Notes: generated by a model from the letters alone, not told the origin. A stretch of DNA of 32,298 nt from Candidatus Nomurabacteria bacterium RIFCSPHIGHO2_01_FULL_39_10 (GCA_001786805.1 MFTJ01000009.1:13263-45560), one strand, 5' to 3'; shown: positions 18,572-27,568, numbered from the stretch's first letter. Made by a program: numbers and translations.

Positions 18572-20038
18572 ATGCCTAATGTTCGCGAAATAATAGACAT
18601 AGCATCTGGATTGAATGAAAAGGATAAGGAGCTTATAGAAAAAGCCTACAAATTTGCCGAAAATATCCACGAAGGACAAAAAAGGATGAGCGGGGAGGTG
18701 TATTTTACTCATGTCTTTGAAACTGCAAAAACTTTAGCAACTCTCGGAATGGACGCGCAAACTATCTCTGCTGGTCTTTTGCACGATGTTTTAGAAGATA
18801 CAAAAATTACTGAAAAGGAATTGGGAGAAGAATTCGGCTCCGAAGTTCTTTTTTTAGTAAACGGTGTTACCCAATTAGGAACTTTAAAATATAGAGGACA
18901 CGAAAGGCATGTTGAGAGTTTGCGGAAATTTTTTGTCGCGGTAGCTAGCGATCTGCGTGTGGTTGTGATTAAATTTGCTGACAGATTGCACAACTTAAAG
19001 ACCCTGCAGTTTTTACCGGAAGAAAAAAGACGCATAATCGCTATGGAATCTCTGGAGGTTTACGCTCAACTTGCCAATAGGCTCGGTATGGGAAGATTGA
19101 AAAGCGAAATGGAAGATGCCGCTTTCCCTTTCGCTTTTCCGGAGGAATCTGCGCAGATAGAAGAAATTATTAAAACAAAAAAAGAGCTATATAAAAAAAA
19201 TTTATCCGAGGTTAAAAAAGAGCTGGAAAAAGAGCTGAGCAAGAATAAACACAAAGTGCTTAACATTACCTACCGGGTAAAGCACAAGTACAGTTTATGG
19301 AAAAAACTTATCAAGCGCGAAATGGATATTGAAAAAATATATGACATAGTTGCTCTGCGAATTCTCGTGGCAGATGTGGAAGAATGCTATAGAATTCTGG
19401 GACTGGTTCATTCTATCTGGAAGCCGCTACCCGGGAGAATCAAAGATTATATAGCAATACCAAAACCGAACGGTTACCGTTCTATACACACTACCATCTT
19501 TACCGGATTGGGCGGAATCGCGGAAATTCAAATTAGGACCAAAGAAATGCACGCCGAAGCGGCTTATGGAGTGGCAGCATATTTCGCTTATAAAGAGCAA
19601 AGTGGAAGAAAAAATGTTGATGAAAAATTGAAATTTAAGTGGCTTGAAGAGCTGAAGGGACTCAATTACTCGCCGGAAGAATCAAGCAAGTATATTGAAC
19701 ATTTAAGAATGGATTTCTTCAATGACCGTATTTTTATTTTTACCCCCGAGGGCGACATCGTGGATTTACCAGAAGACTCAAGTCCTATCGATTTCGCCTA
19801 TTCTATCCACTCCGATATTGGAGATCATATTTCCGGCGCGAAAATCAATGGTAAAATGTCAGACATTTTTTCAAAATTAAAAAGCAAAGATATTGTGGAA
19901 ATAATTAAAAAGGATAATTCGCATCCTTCCGGTAAGTGGCTAGTCCATGTGAAAACTACTGTCGCAAAAAAACACATAAGGTCCTATCTGGAAAAGCACA
20001 GCTTGCTCTCCAGACTCAAATCTTTTCGCCGGCGTTAG
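18572..20038 (+). CDS. rel: RelA/SpoT homolog (HD hydrolase + synthetase + TGS, no ACT domain)
   Basis: LLHDVLEDT, KFADRLHN, RVKHKYS, KDYIA.PK.NGYRSIHT, EIQIRT, TGS FTPEGD..DFAYSIHSDIG. Start moved to MPNV (18572) using TATAAT-6 nt-ATG. Confidence 0.92.
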   Translation: MPNVREIIDIASGLNEKDKELIEKAYKFAENIHEGQKRMSGEVYFTHVFETAKTLATLGMDAQTISAGLLHDVLEDTKITEKELGEEFGSEVLFLVNGVTQLGTLKYRGHERHVESLRKFFVAVASDLRVVVIKFADRLHNLKTLQFLPEEKRRIIAMESLEVYAQLANRLGMGRLKSEMEDAAFPFAFPEESAQIEEIIKTKKELYKKNLSEVKKELEKELSKNKHKVLNITYRVKHKYSLWKKLIKREMDIEKIYDIVALRILVADVEECYRILGLVHSIWKPLPGRIKDYIAIPKPNGYRSIHTTIFTGLGGIAEIQIRTKEMHAEAAYGVAAYFAYKEQSGRKNVDEKLKFKWLEELKGLNYSPEESSKYIEHLRMDFFNDRIFIFTPEGDIVDLPEDSSPIDFAYSIHSDIGDHISGAKINGKMSDIFSKLKSKDIVEIIKKDNSHPSGKWLVHVKTTVAKKHIRSYLEKHSLLSRLKSFRRR

Positions 20039-20044
20039 GAAGCT

Positions 20045-21070
20045 CTAGACGCTAAAATTAGAAATATTATATAAATCAGTGTCGTCTTGTTTAACTTCTT
20101 CTTTTGACCTATCGTCTATGGGTATATCATTCTCTACTGGTTCTCCAGAGGTTGAACCGCTGAGAGTTTCTTCAGATAGCGCTTTAGGCGCTATCTCGGT
20201 TTGCGCTATATGTTTTTCCATCATTTCATCCGGTTTTTTCTCCACAGTTGATTTATTTATGGAATCCAAAATGGCTCGGAGGTCTTCGGTGGAAAAATAA
20301 TCAATTTTAATCTGTCCGCCGAGTTCTTTCCGGTCTATATGCACTCTCGTACCCAGCTTTTCCTGAAATTCTTCTTCCAATTCTGTTATCTCAGGGTCTG
20401 GCATAAATTCTTTCTTGCGTACCCGATCATAAGCTATCTTTCTCGCCAATCGTTCCGCTTCGCGGACAGTGATTTTTTTGTAAACAATCTCTTTAAACAA
20501 CACGAGCTGCTCTTCGGGATGATCCGTAAGCATGAGGAGTGGTCGTGTGTGGCCGTCGGTGATTTTTCCCTCTGATAGTCCAGTAATAATTTCTTCTGGC
20601 AAAGTCAGAATTCGTAGTGAGTTAGAGACATACTCTCGGCTCTTGCCCATTTTCTTTGCGACTTCATTGTGAGTGAATTTAAATTCATTTACTAGACGGA
20701 AAAATGCCCGCGCGCGGTCTACGACATTCAAATCCTCGCGCTGCAGGTTTTCAATAATCGCCAGTTCCAGCTTCATAATAGCGGTATCGCCGGTGCGAAT
20801 GATAACCGGCACTTGCGAAACTCCGGCTTTAATGGCGGCGCGCAGTCTGCGTTCTCCGGCGATGAGTTCATATTCAGTCACGATGCCACCGTCATCTTTG
20901 GTTAACTCCACGCGGGAAACTGTAAGCGGCTGAAGCACCCCGTATTGTTTTATAGAGTCGGCTAAATCCGCGAGGCGCGTTTCGTCAAAGTCTCGCCTTG
21001 GCTGATACGGGTTCGGCTTGATTTTATTGGTATCAATCCAAAAAATTGAATTTGAATAAATGTTGGACAT
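20045..21070 (-). CDS. parB: ParB/Spo0J partition protein
   Basis: PNPYQPRRDF, GVLQPL, LIAGERRLRA, IENLQREDLN, HTH GKSREYVSN.LR. Confidence 0.95.
   Translation of the reverse strand: MSNIYSNSIFWIDTNKIKPNPYQPRRDFDETRLADLADSIKQYGVLQPLTVSRVELTKDDGGIVTEYELIAGERRLRAAIKAGVSQVPVIIRTGDTAIMKLELAIIENLQREDLNVVDRARAFFRLVNEFKFTHNEVAKKMGKSREYVSNSLRILTLPEEIITGLSEGKITDGHTRPLLMLTDHPEEQLVLFKEIVYKKITVREAERLARKIAYDRVRKKEFMPDPEITELEEEFQEKLGTRVHIDRKELGGQIKIDYFSTEDLRAILDSINKSTVEKKPDEMMEKHIAQTEIAPKALSEETLSGSTSGEPVENDIPIDDRSKEEVKQDDTDLYNISNFSV
20146..20196. repeat. Family C unit plus a second hairpin in the parB C-terminal tail
   Basis: CAGAGGTTGAACCGCTG (20146-20162, one mismatch to the topA unit) and AGATAGCGC-TTTAG-GCGCTATCT (20174-20196). 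Confidence 0.7.
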
Positions 21071-21142
21071 GGATACATTCTAGCATACCGTCAAATTTAA
21101 AAAATTGATTTCAAGGCACTTTTTGTGTAAAATGTGTGGATT

Positions 21143-21226
21143 GCCGGGATGGCGGAATTGGTAGACGCGATAGACTCAAAATCTATTGATGGCAACATCA
21201 TGAGAGTTCGATTCTCTCTCCCGGCA
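21143..21226 (+). tRNA. tRNA-Leu(CAA)
   Basis: Acceptor GCCGGGA/TCCCGGC, anticodon arm ATAGA-CTCAAAA-TCTAT, long variable arm, GTTCGATT; CCA not encoded. Confidence 0.95.
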
Positions 21227-21236
21227 CAAAAACATA

Positions 21237-21266
21237 CCCCATACTAAGCTTCGCTCTAGTATGGGG
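21237..21266 (+). terminator. Hairpin after tRNA-Leu (terminator or repeat)
   Basis: CCCCATACTA-10 nt-TAGTATGGGG; no U-tract. Confidence 0.5.
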
Positions 21267-21276
21267 CTATCCACAC

Positions 21277-21304
21277 TTGCATTATCTCATATATGAGATA
21301 TACT
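21277..21304 (+). promoter_or_regulatory. HTH-murA promoter with an embedded 18-bp palindromic operator candidate
   Basis: TTGCAT (21277-21282), TATCTCATATATGAGATA (21283-21300, perfect palindrome), TATACT (21299-21304), 6 nt, ATG. Confidence 0.75.
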
Positions 21305-21310
21305 GTTTAT

Positions 21311-22840
21311 ATGATAAAACAAGTAAAAGAAACCGAACAAGAGAAGATAGGATTTTTTATAAAGGAATTACGGGAACACCGAGGCATGACTCAGGAAGAG
21401 TTTGCTAAAGCGCTTGGTACTTCCCAGAGTTCTGTTCCCCGTATGGAAAAGGGCGAACAGAATTTTACAACCGAACTGCTCCTGAAAATCAGCGATGTTC
21501 TTAACCACAAGATAGTTTCGGTGAATGATTCCATTGATTTTCAAGTTAATGGCGGAAAAAAACTAAGCGGAACTATCAAAACAAATTTCTCAAAGAATGG
21601 TTCCGTCGGGCTTCTTTGCGCTTCGCTCTTAAATAGCGGGACGACGACGCTTCATGGTATCGCCCGGATAGAAGAAGTGTATAGAGTGATAGAAATTTTA
21701 GAAAGCATAGGAGTAATAGTAAAATGGCTGAGCCAGAATACAGTGCAAATTATGCCGCCGGAAAAGTTTACACTAGATAAAATAAATATTGTTTCGGCGA
21801 TTAAAACTCGCTCAATAATTATGCTGGCGGGTCCACTCATACACAAATTATCTTCTTTCTCTATCCCCCACGCTTATGGCTGTAATTTGGGCAAAAGAAC
21901 AATATCGGCGCACACTTACGCGCTTGAAGAAGTAGGCATAAAAATAAAAACAACAAACAAGAGTTACGAAGTTAGCGCAAAAAAATTAAAGTCAGCAAAA
22001 AATATAGTGATGTATGAGACAGGAGAAACTGCTTGTGAAAATATTCTGTTTGCCGCCACTTTGATTCCGGGCGAAACCACCATCAGCTTCATGAGCAACA
22101 ATTATATGGTGCAGGAAATCTGTTTCTTCTTGGAAGCATTAGGCGTGAAAATAGACGGCATAGGCACTTCCACCTTGACTGTGCACGGAGTTGAAGAAAT
22201 AAATAAAGATGTGGAGTATTCAAATAGTGAGGACCCGATAGAATCCATGATGTTTATTTCTGCCGGAATCGTGACTGATTCGCATATCACTATCACCCGA
22301 GCGCCAATAGACTTTCTTTCTCTAGAGATGGAAAAACTGAAAAGGATGGGTCTGAAATATAAAATTTCTAAAATTTATTGTTCATATAATGGCAGAACGA
22401 AGCTGGCTGACATAGAAATTTTCCCGAGCAGATTAAAAGCTTTACAGGATAAAATACACGCAAATATATATCCGGGAATAAATATAGATAACCTTCCTTT
22501 CTTTGTGCCGATTGCTATAAAAGCAAAAGGTCAGACGATGATTCACGATTGGTATTATGAAAACCGCGCTATATATTTGACAGAATTAAACCGTCTAGGA
22601 GCGGAAATCACTCTAGCCGACCCGCATCGGCTCTATATTCAGGGCGGTACTCCGCTCAAGCCCGCGCAGGTCGTCTGCCCGCCCGCCCTGCGTCCTTCGA
22701 TGGTGATACTCATTTCCATGCTGGGAGCAAGCGGTACCTCTATTCTACGCAATGTGTATATGATAAACCGCGGATATGAAGAAATTGCAGAGCGCTTAAA
22801 CTCTATCGGCGCGGATATTAAAATAATAAAGGGAAACTAA
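21311..22840 (+). CDS. murA: XRE-HTH / UDP-N-acetylglucosamine 1-carboxyvinyltransferase fusion
   Basis: N-terminal IKELREHRGMTQEEFAKALGTSQSSVPRMEKGEQNFT (HTH_3), then GGKKLSG, SKNG, GCNLGKR (catalytic Cys loop), DPIE, YPG, YENR, RGYE. Confidence 0.92.
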   Translation: MIKQVKETEQEKIGFFIKELREHRGMTQEEFAKALGTSQSSVPRMEKGEQNFTTELLLKISDVLNHKIVSVNDSIDFQVNGGKKLSGTIKTNFSKNGSVGLLCASLLNSGTTTLHGIARIEEVYRVIEILESIGVIVKWLSQNTVQIMPPEKFTLDKINIVSAIKTRSIIMLAGPLIHKLSSFSIPHAYGCNLGKRTISAHTYALEEVGIKIKTTNKSYEVSAKKLKSAKNIVMYETGETACENILFAATLIPGETTISFMSNNYMVQEICFFLEALGVKIDGIGTSTLTVHGVEEINKDVEYSNSEDPIESMMFISAGIVTDSHITITRAPIDFLSLEMEKLKRMGLKYKISKIYCSYNGRTKLADIEIFPSRLKALQDKIHANIYPGINIDNLPFFVPIAIKAKGQTMIHDWYYENRAIYLTELNRLGAEITLADPHRLYIQGGTPLKPAQVVCPPALRPSMVILISMLGASGTSILRNVYMINRGYEEIAERLNSIGADIKIIKGN

Positions 22841-23706
22841 TGTCAAAGAGACACTTTGACAAGCCTAAAGTTATCGTAATTATGGGGCAGACTGCTACGG
22901 GTAAAAGCGCGCTGGCTGTAAAAATTGCCAAAAAAATTGGCGGAGAAATAATTTCGGCTGATTCAAGGCAGGTTTATAAGGGGCTTGATATCGGTACTGG
23001 AAAAATATTTACAAAAGAGATGAAGGGAATTTCCCATTATTTAATTGATATAGAAAGTCCAAAAAATAAATTTACGGCGGCTCAATTTAAAGAACTCGCT
23101 GAAGAAAAAATTAAAGAAATAATAGCTCGCGGTAAAACTCCAATCATCTGCGGAGGCACGGGATTTTATATTGATGCTATAACTAAAGGCGTTGTCTTCC
23201 CAGAAGTTCCGCCAAACTATCCACTTCGCAAGAAATTAGCATTAGCAAACGACCGCGCACTAATGCTGAAACTCAAAAAAATTGACCCCGAACGCGCAAA
23301 AAACATAGACCCAAAAAACAAAGTGAGGCTTATTCGCGCGATTGAGATAGCGAAAGCTTTAGGTAAAGTCCCCCACTTGGCGGTTAAACCGCCAAGTTAT
23401 AAATTTATTAAGATAGGCCTCTATTTGCCCGCCGAAAAGCTCAAAAAGAAAGTAGCAAAAAGAGTGAAAAAAATGTTTAATCCGCCAGCTGGCGGAGGCT
23501 TGCTGGATGAAATCAAAAAATTAAAAAAATCTGGTGTGTCAGACAAAAGACTAAAAGAACTGGGTTTTGAATACTACAAACCTACGCAAGAAAAAGTGAT
23601 TAATGGAACCATGCAATATGCCAAGCGGCAAATGACGTGGTTCAAGCGCGACAAAGAAATAAAATGGCTTAATGCGTCAAAAATTACAAAGGATTACCCT
23701 CTGTAA
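22840..23706 (+). CDS. miaA: tRNA dimethylallyltransferase
   Basis: GQTATGKS, ISADSRQVYKGLDIGTGK, GGTGFY, YAKRQMTWF. Confidence 0.97.
   Translation: MSKRHFDKPKVIVIMGQTATGKSALAVKIAKKIGGEIISADSRQVYKGLDIGTGKIFTKEMKGISHYLIDIESPKNKFTAAQFKELAEEKIKEIIARGKTPIICGGTGFYIDAITKGVVFPEVPPNYPLRKKLALANDRALMLKLKKIDPERAKNIDPKNKVRLIRAIEIAKALGKVPHLAVKPPSYKFIKIGLYLPAEKLKKKVAKRVKKMFNPPAGGGLLDEIKKLKKSGVSDKRLKELGFEYYKPTQEKVINGTMQYAKRQMTWFKRDKEIKWLNASKITKDYPL
23375..23397. repeat. Family C palindrome in miaA (encodes HLAVKPPS)
   Basis: ACTTGGCGGTT-A-AACCGCCAAGT, perfect 11-bp arms. Confidence 0.85.
23481..23496. repeat. Family B palindrome in miaA (encodes PPAGG)
   Basis: TCCGCCAGCTGGCGGA, perfect 16-bp palindrome. 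Confidence 0.85.
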
Positions 23707-23708
23707 TT

Positions 23709-25073
23709 TTACCCGAACCACACATTTTTTATGTTTACGAATTCTTTGATGCCGTAGGTGCCGAGTTCTCTGCCGTAGCCGGATTTTTTAATGCCGCCGA
23801 AAGGCGCGCGCGGGTCGGATTTGACCATGTCATTCACGCAGACATTTCCCGCTTCGATTTGTGGGATAATGCGTTTCGCTTTTATCATATCGGAAGTAAA
23901 AATAGATGCGCCGAGGCCATACCTTGTGTCATTTGCCATCTGTATTGCTTCTGACTCTGTTTTGAACGAAATTATTGGCATAACCGGACCAAAGACTTCT
24001 TCGTCATAAACTGGCATACCCTTTTTTACATTAGTCAAAACTGTGGGCAGATAGAAAAAACCTTTTTTTCCTTTCCGAGCGCCTCCATAGGCGACTTTGG
24101 CGCCGAGTGAGACCGATTTTTTTACTTGCATCGTGACTTCTTCTAGAATTTTTTCCGTAGCTAAAGGTCCGATATCTGTTTCTTTATTGCTAGGATCGCC
24201 AACGGATAATTTTGAAAATTCTTCTATAACAAGTTTTGTAAATTTGCTTTTTACAGATTCTTCCACAATAAATCTTTTTGCGGAAATACAGCTTTGTCCG
24301 ACATTACCCTGCATTCTAGCTAGGACAGCGACTCTTGCCGCCTCAGTAATGTCTGCATCGGCAAAAACAATAAATGGGTCGCTGCCACCCAATTCCAGCA
24401 CCACCTTTTTTATTTCTTCTCCGGAGACTCGCGCTACCGCAATGCCTGCTTTTTCACTGCCTGTCAGAGTGACCGCGGCTATTCTAGGGTCGCGAATTAA
24501 ACCTTCAACCCGCGACACAGAGAGAAATAAATTTTGAAAAATGCCTTTCGGAAAACCGGCGGCGATAAAAGATTTTTCAATCGCCTTCGCGCACTGCGGC
24601 ACATTTGAAGCGTGTTTCAAAATTCCGACATTTCCCGCCATAATGGCTGGCACGGCAAAACGATAAACTTGCCAAAACGGAAAGTTCCATGGCATAACAG
24701 CAAGCACTACTCCCAGCGGGTCAAATTCCGCATATTGCTCTTTTTTGTCTGTATTTAATATTTCATTAGCTAAAATATTTTCTGTATTATCTGCATAATA
24801 ATCACAAAGTAACGCGCACTTTGCGATGCCTATTGGACCGGACTTCATCGTTTTACCCATTTCCAGCATTTGCAATTTGGAAAATTCTTCGGCGTGAACG
24901 CGCAGATATTCTCCAAGCTTGAGCATCAAGACCGCCCGCTCTTTAAAAGAAGTTTTCTTCCACAACTTGAAAGCTTTGTCTGCAAGCGCGAGTTTCTTTT
25001 CCAGTTCTTTGTCTGAAATTTCTTCAAATGTTTTTAAAACTTCTTCTGTTGTTGGATTTTTTGATTGAATCAT
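23709..25073 (-). CDS. NAD(P)-dependent aldehyde dehydrogenase, succinate-semialdehyde dehydrogenase (Sad/GabD1)-like
   Basis: MPWNFPFWQV, LKHASNVP, TLTGSEKAG, LELGGSDP (Glu), GQSCISAKR (Cys), EEVFGP, PFGGIK.SGYGRE. Confidence 0.9.
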   Translation of the reverse strand: MIQSKNPTTEEVLKTFEEISDKELEKKLALADKAFKLWKKTSFKERAVLMLKLGEYLRVHAEEFSKLQMLEMGKTMKSGPIGIAKCALLCDYYADNTENILANEILNTDKKEQYAEFDPLGVVLAVMPWNFPFWQVYRFAVPAIMAGNVGILKHASNVPQCAKAIEKSFIAAGFPKGIFQNLFLSVSRVEGLIRDPRIAAVTLTGSEKAGIAVARVSGEEIKKVVLELGGSDPFIVFADADITEAARVAVLARMQGNVGQSCISAKRFIVEESVKSKFTKLVIEEFSKLSVGDPSNKETDIGPLATEKILEEVTMQVKKSVSLGAKVAYGGARKGKKGFFYLPTVLTNVKKGMPVYDEEVFGPVMPIISFKTESEAIQMANDTRYGLGASIFTSDMIKAKRIIPQIEAGNVCVNDMVKSDPRAPFGGIKKSGYGRELGTYGIKEFVNIKNVWFG

Positions 25074-25091
25074 AAAATTAGTTTCTAGGGG

Positions 25092-26765
25092 CTAGTAGCT
25101 AGCTTCTAGGTTTTTAATAGAACCCAAAATCTTGTTAGCTTCTTGGTAATTTATTGGGCAAGCTATGATATGCACGCCTTTACTATTTAAGGCTTTTTTA
25201 AGAAGTGGCGCGAGGTCTTGTGCTTTATCTACTTTATGTCCAACAGCTCCGAAACTCTCTGCGAGCATTATAAAATCTGGATTGTTAAAAGAAAGTCCAA
25301 ATGAAGCCATGTTTAACTTTTTCTGTTTCCATGCAATCATCCCAAAACCGGAATCGTCTAAAATAAGCACTGTTAAGTTTACTTTTAGGCGCACGGCTGT
25401 TTCCAAGTCCGGAATACTCATCATAATTCCCCCGTCGCCGGCAACGACGAGAACCTTCTTTTTCAGATAAAGAATTTTTAGCGCGATACCGGAAGGAAGT
25501 CCGGCGCCCATGGTCGCGAGAGCATTGTCCAAAAGAAGCCCGTTGCGTTCTCTTGTGACAAAACTGCGGGTGATATATATCTTGTACATGCCGTTATCAA
25601 GCGCGAGTATGTCGCTTTTTGACAGAACTTTGCCTATGTCGGCGACAACTTTTTCCGGTCGAAGCGGAAAATCCGCTGATTGTCCAAACTTGAGAACATC
25701 TTTTTTGGAAGCTTCCCGAACTTTGTAAAAATAATTAAAGTCCCAAGATTCACTCTTTTTTATTTTTTCTGTAAGCGCAGAAAGAGAAATTTTAATATCT
25801 CCAATGATTTCGTGTGTCGGTATATATACATCTTTGGCGACAGAAGAAAAGAAATTGATGTGAATAACTTTACATTTCGGGAGACTCTCGGGAGTCAAGA
25901 TAATAGGCGGAGTATTGATTACATCGTGTCCAATTAAAATAATCGCATCTGCGTGTTTAAAAGCAAGATGCGCGAAATCCCCCTGCGCTATTCCCGTCCC
26001 GCCGATATAAAGCGGGGAATTTTCATCAAATCCACCCTTGCCCATTTGGGTTGAAACAAAGGGAATGCCGGTTTTTTGAAAAAAGGTCTTGAGTTCTTTT
26101 TGAATGGGTTGCCTGTTTGCGCCCGCGCCTAGGATAACTAGCGGGTGCTTTGCTTTTTCAATTTCTTTTACGGCTTCGGTTATTGATTCTGCGCTAGCGG
26201 TTTCAGGAATAATTTTTTTAATGGGAATAGGTTTCGCGTTGCAAACTTCACCTGCTATGTCTTCCGGAAGCTCCAGATGCGCCACGCCCGGACGCTCAGC
26301 CTCAGCTAGGCTCACAGCTTCGGAAAACATTTGCGGAACATCATCGCCATTTACCACAGATGCGGAGAATTTTGTGACTGGCTTCATCATTGATACGATA
26401 TCCACAATTTGGAACTTTCCCTGCTTACTTTTTCTGATGGGCTTTTGTCCGGTAATTACCAAAAGCGGGAAACCCCCAAGTTGCGCGTATGCAACGCCCG
26501 TCATTAAATTGGTCGCTCCAGGACCGAGAGTAGACAACGCCACGCCTACTTTGCCAGTAATTCTACCGAATGTTGCCGCCATAAACACCGCCGTCTGCTC
26601 ATGGCGAGTGGTTATAAAAGTGATTTTGGAATTCCTCTGTGATTTTCTTATGGCTTCCAAAAAATCCAAAGTTTCTTCGCCTGGCACGCCAAAAATATAC
26701 TTCACTCCGTGAGCTTCAAGGCATTCCACCAGCACTTCAGCTGTATTTTTCTGCGACTTTGACAT
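25092..26765 (-). CDS. TPP-dependent acetolactate-synthase-like enzyme
   Basis: FGVPGEE, TRHEQ (catalytic Glu), TLGPGATN, LDNGMYK, LLDNALATMGAG, GDGG TPP motif; no ilvN/ilvC in the window. Confidence 0.85.
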   Translation of the reverse strand: MSKSQKNTAEVLVECLEAHGVKYIFGVPGEETLDFLEAIRKSQRNSKITFITTRHEQTAVFMAATFGRITGKVGVALSTLGPGATNLMTGVAYAQLGGFPLLVITGQKPIRKSKQGKFQIVDIVSMMKPVTKFSASVVNGDDVPQMFSEAVSLAEAERPGVAHLELPEDIAGEVCNAKPIPIKKIIPETASAESITEAVKEIEKAKHPLVILGAGANRQPIQKELKTFFQKTGIPFVSTQMGKGGFDENSPLYIGGTGIAQGDFAHLAFKHADAIILIGHDVINTPPIILTPESLPKCKVIHINFFSSVAKDVYIPTHEIIGDIKISLSALTEKIKKSESWDFNYFYKVREASKKDVLKFGQSADFPLRPEKVVADIGKVLSKSDILALDNGMYKIYITRSFVTRERNGLLLDNALATMGAGLPSGIALKILYLKKKVLVVAGDGGIMMSIPDLETAVRLKVNLTVLILDDSGFGMIAWKQKKLNMASFGLSFNNPDFIMLAESFGAVGHKVDKAQDLAPLLKKALNSKGVHIIACPINYQEANKILGSIKNLEASY

Positions 26766-26781
26766 AATGACTTATTGATTT

Positions 26782-27075
26782 TTAATCATAATAATCGGGA
26801 AATTTATGCAAAGCTCTAGTAGCTTTGCTATCCCTGTTGTAATGTTTAAATTCTTCTATATTCTCAAAAAGAATTAAATTCCCACTCGGTGTTCCATCAT
26901 TTAAAAAAACTTTAACGAATTCCGGCTTTCCGTTTTTATCTTCTCCCCATTCAACACGCGCCTCGCCTTTTTCAACCATATCAGCAATGGTATATTCTCT
27001 TTTTAAGAAATTTTCCTTGTAAACTTCCCATTTTTTGTCTTTTGCGGGTTCAATCCCCCTTTGTTCTGTAGACAT
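26782..27075 (-). CDS. Hypothetical protein (97 aa)
   Basis: Fills the gap, has TGcTAATAT-6 nt-ATG, and ends 16 nt before the ALS-like gene; no recognised motif. Confidence 0.65.
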   Translation of the reverse strand: MSTEQRGIEPAKDKKWEVYKENFLKREYTIADMVEKGEARVEWGEDKNGKPEFVKVFLNDGTPSGNLILFENIEEFKHYNRDSKATRALHKFPDYYD

Positions 27076-27113
27076 ATGTTTATATTAGCACATTGTTAAA
27101 AATTTCTTGAGGG

Positions 27114-27184
27114 CGGGCCCACGAGGGCTCGAACCTCGGTCTTTCCTTTTGGAGAGGAAAATTCTACCACTGAACTATGGACCC
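27114..27184 (-). tRNA. tRNA-Trp(CCA)
   Basis: GGGTCCATAGTTCAGTGGTAGAA..TTCCT-CTCCAAA-AGGAA..GGTTCGAGCC..TGGGCCCG; CCA tail not encoded. Confidence 0.93.
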
Positions 27185-27203
27185 TTGGCTTATTTATACC
27201 TTT

Positions 27204-27371
27204 TCATAAGGCTTTTTGCAATAAAAAGAGTTGCCCCCACAACAATTGTTCAGATTGTCGTGGGGGCAAGTGTTCATCTTCCTCCTCTTCTTTTTCCTCC
27301 CACAAAACTGATAACCACTCGTGTAGGAGGACTAATACAATGACCACCGAAAGAACAACAATAATTTTCAT
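27204..27371 (-). CDS. Possible 55-aa small membrane protein
   Basis: MKIIVVLSVVIVLVLLHEWLSVLWEEKEEEEDEH...; one hydrophobic segment plus an acidic run, but it reads through a terminator-like hairpin. Confidence 0.3.
   Translation of the reverse strand: MKIIVVLSVVIVLVLLHEWLSVLWEEKEEEEDEHLPPRQSEQLLWGQLFLLQKAL
27223..27269 (-). terminator. Rho-independent terminator
   Basis: Minus: TTGCCCCCACGACAAT-7 nt-ATTGTTGTGGGGGCAA followed by CTCTTTTT. Confidence 0.7.
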
Positions 27372-27409
27372 ATCGTTTTTATTTTAACACGTATTATGTT
27401 TAGATTTTC

Positions 27410-27568
27410 CTACTTCTTCGCCTCTTTATGCTTAGTTTGCTTTCGGCACCAGTTGCAATACTTTTTGAGCTCTATCTTTTTTGTGACGAGTTTCTTGTTT
27501 TTGCTGGACCAATAATTCACCCGTTTGCAGATGGCGCAGGCAAGTTTTATAAGTCTATCTTGTGACAT
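27410..27568 (-). CDS. rpmG: 50S ribosomal protein L33, zinc-binding form
   Basis: Not in the track (52 aa): MSQDRLIKLACAICKRVNYWSSKNKKLVTKKIELKKYCNWCRKQTKHKEAKK. Promoter TTGCTT-17-TAGTAT-6-ATG. Confidence 0.95.
   Translation of the reverse strand: MSQDRLIKLACAICKRVNYWSSKNKKLVTKKIELKKYCNWCRKQTKHKEAKK

Noticed and set aside
20045..21142. parS site or parA next to parB
   Set aside because: No TGTTTCACGTGAAACA-like palindrome seen and no parA in the window.
21293..21310. Upstream ATG for HTH-murA
   Set aside because: It lies inside the palindrome and promoter; 21311 matches the -10 spacing seen elsewhere.
22660..22695. GC-rich CCCGCCCGCCC run in murA
   Set aside because: It encodes VCPPALR at the position of the MurA DLR motif and is not palindromic.
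23791..23816. GC-rich hairpin-like stretch in the ALDH gene
   Set aside because: It encodes the conserved PFGG motif; not an insertion.
27114..27184. Alternative genetic code (TGA recoding) or suppressor tRNA
   Set aside because: The anticodon is a normal Trp CCA and TGA ends genes at expected positions (HAD, ddl).
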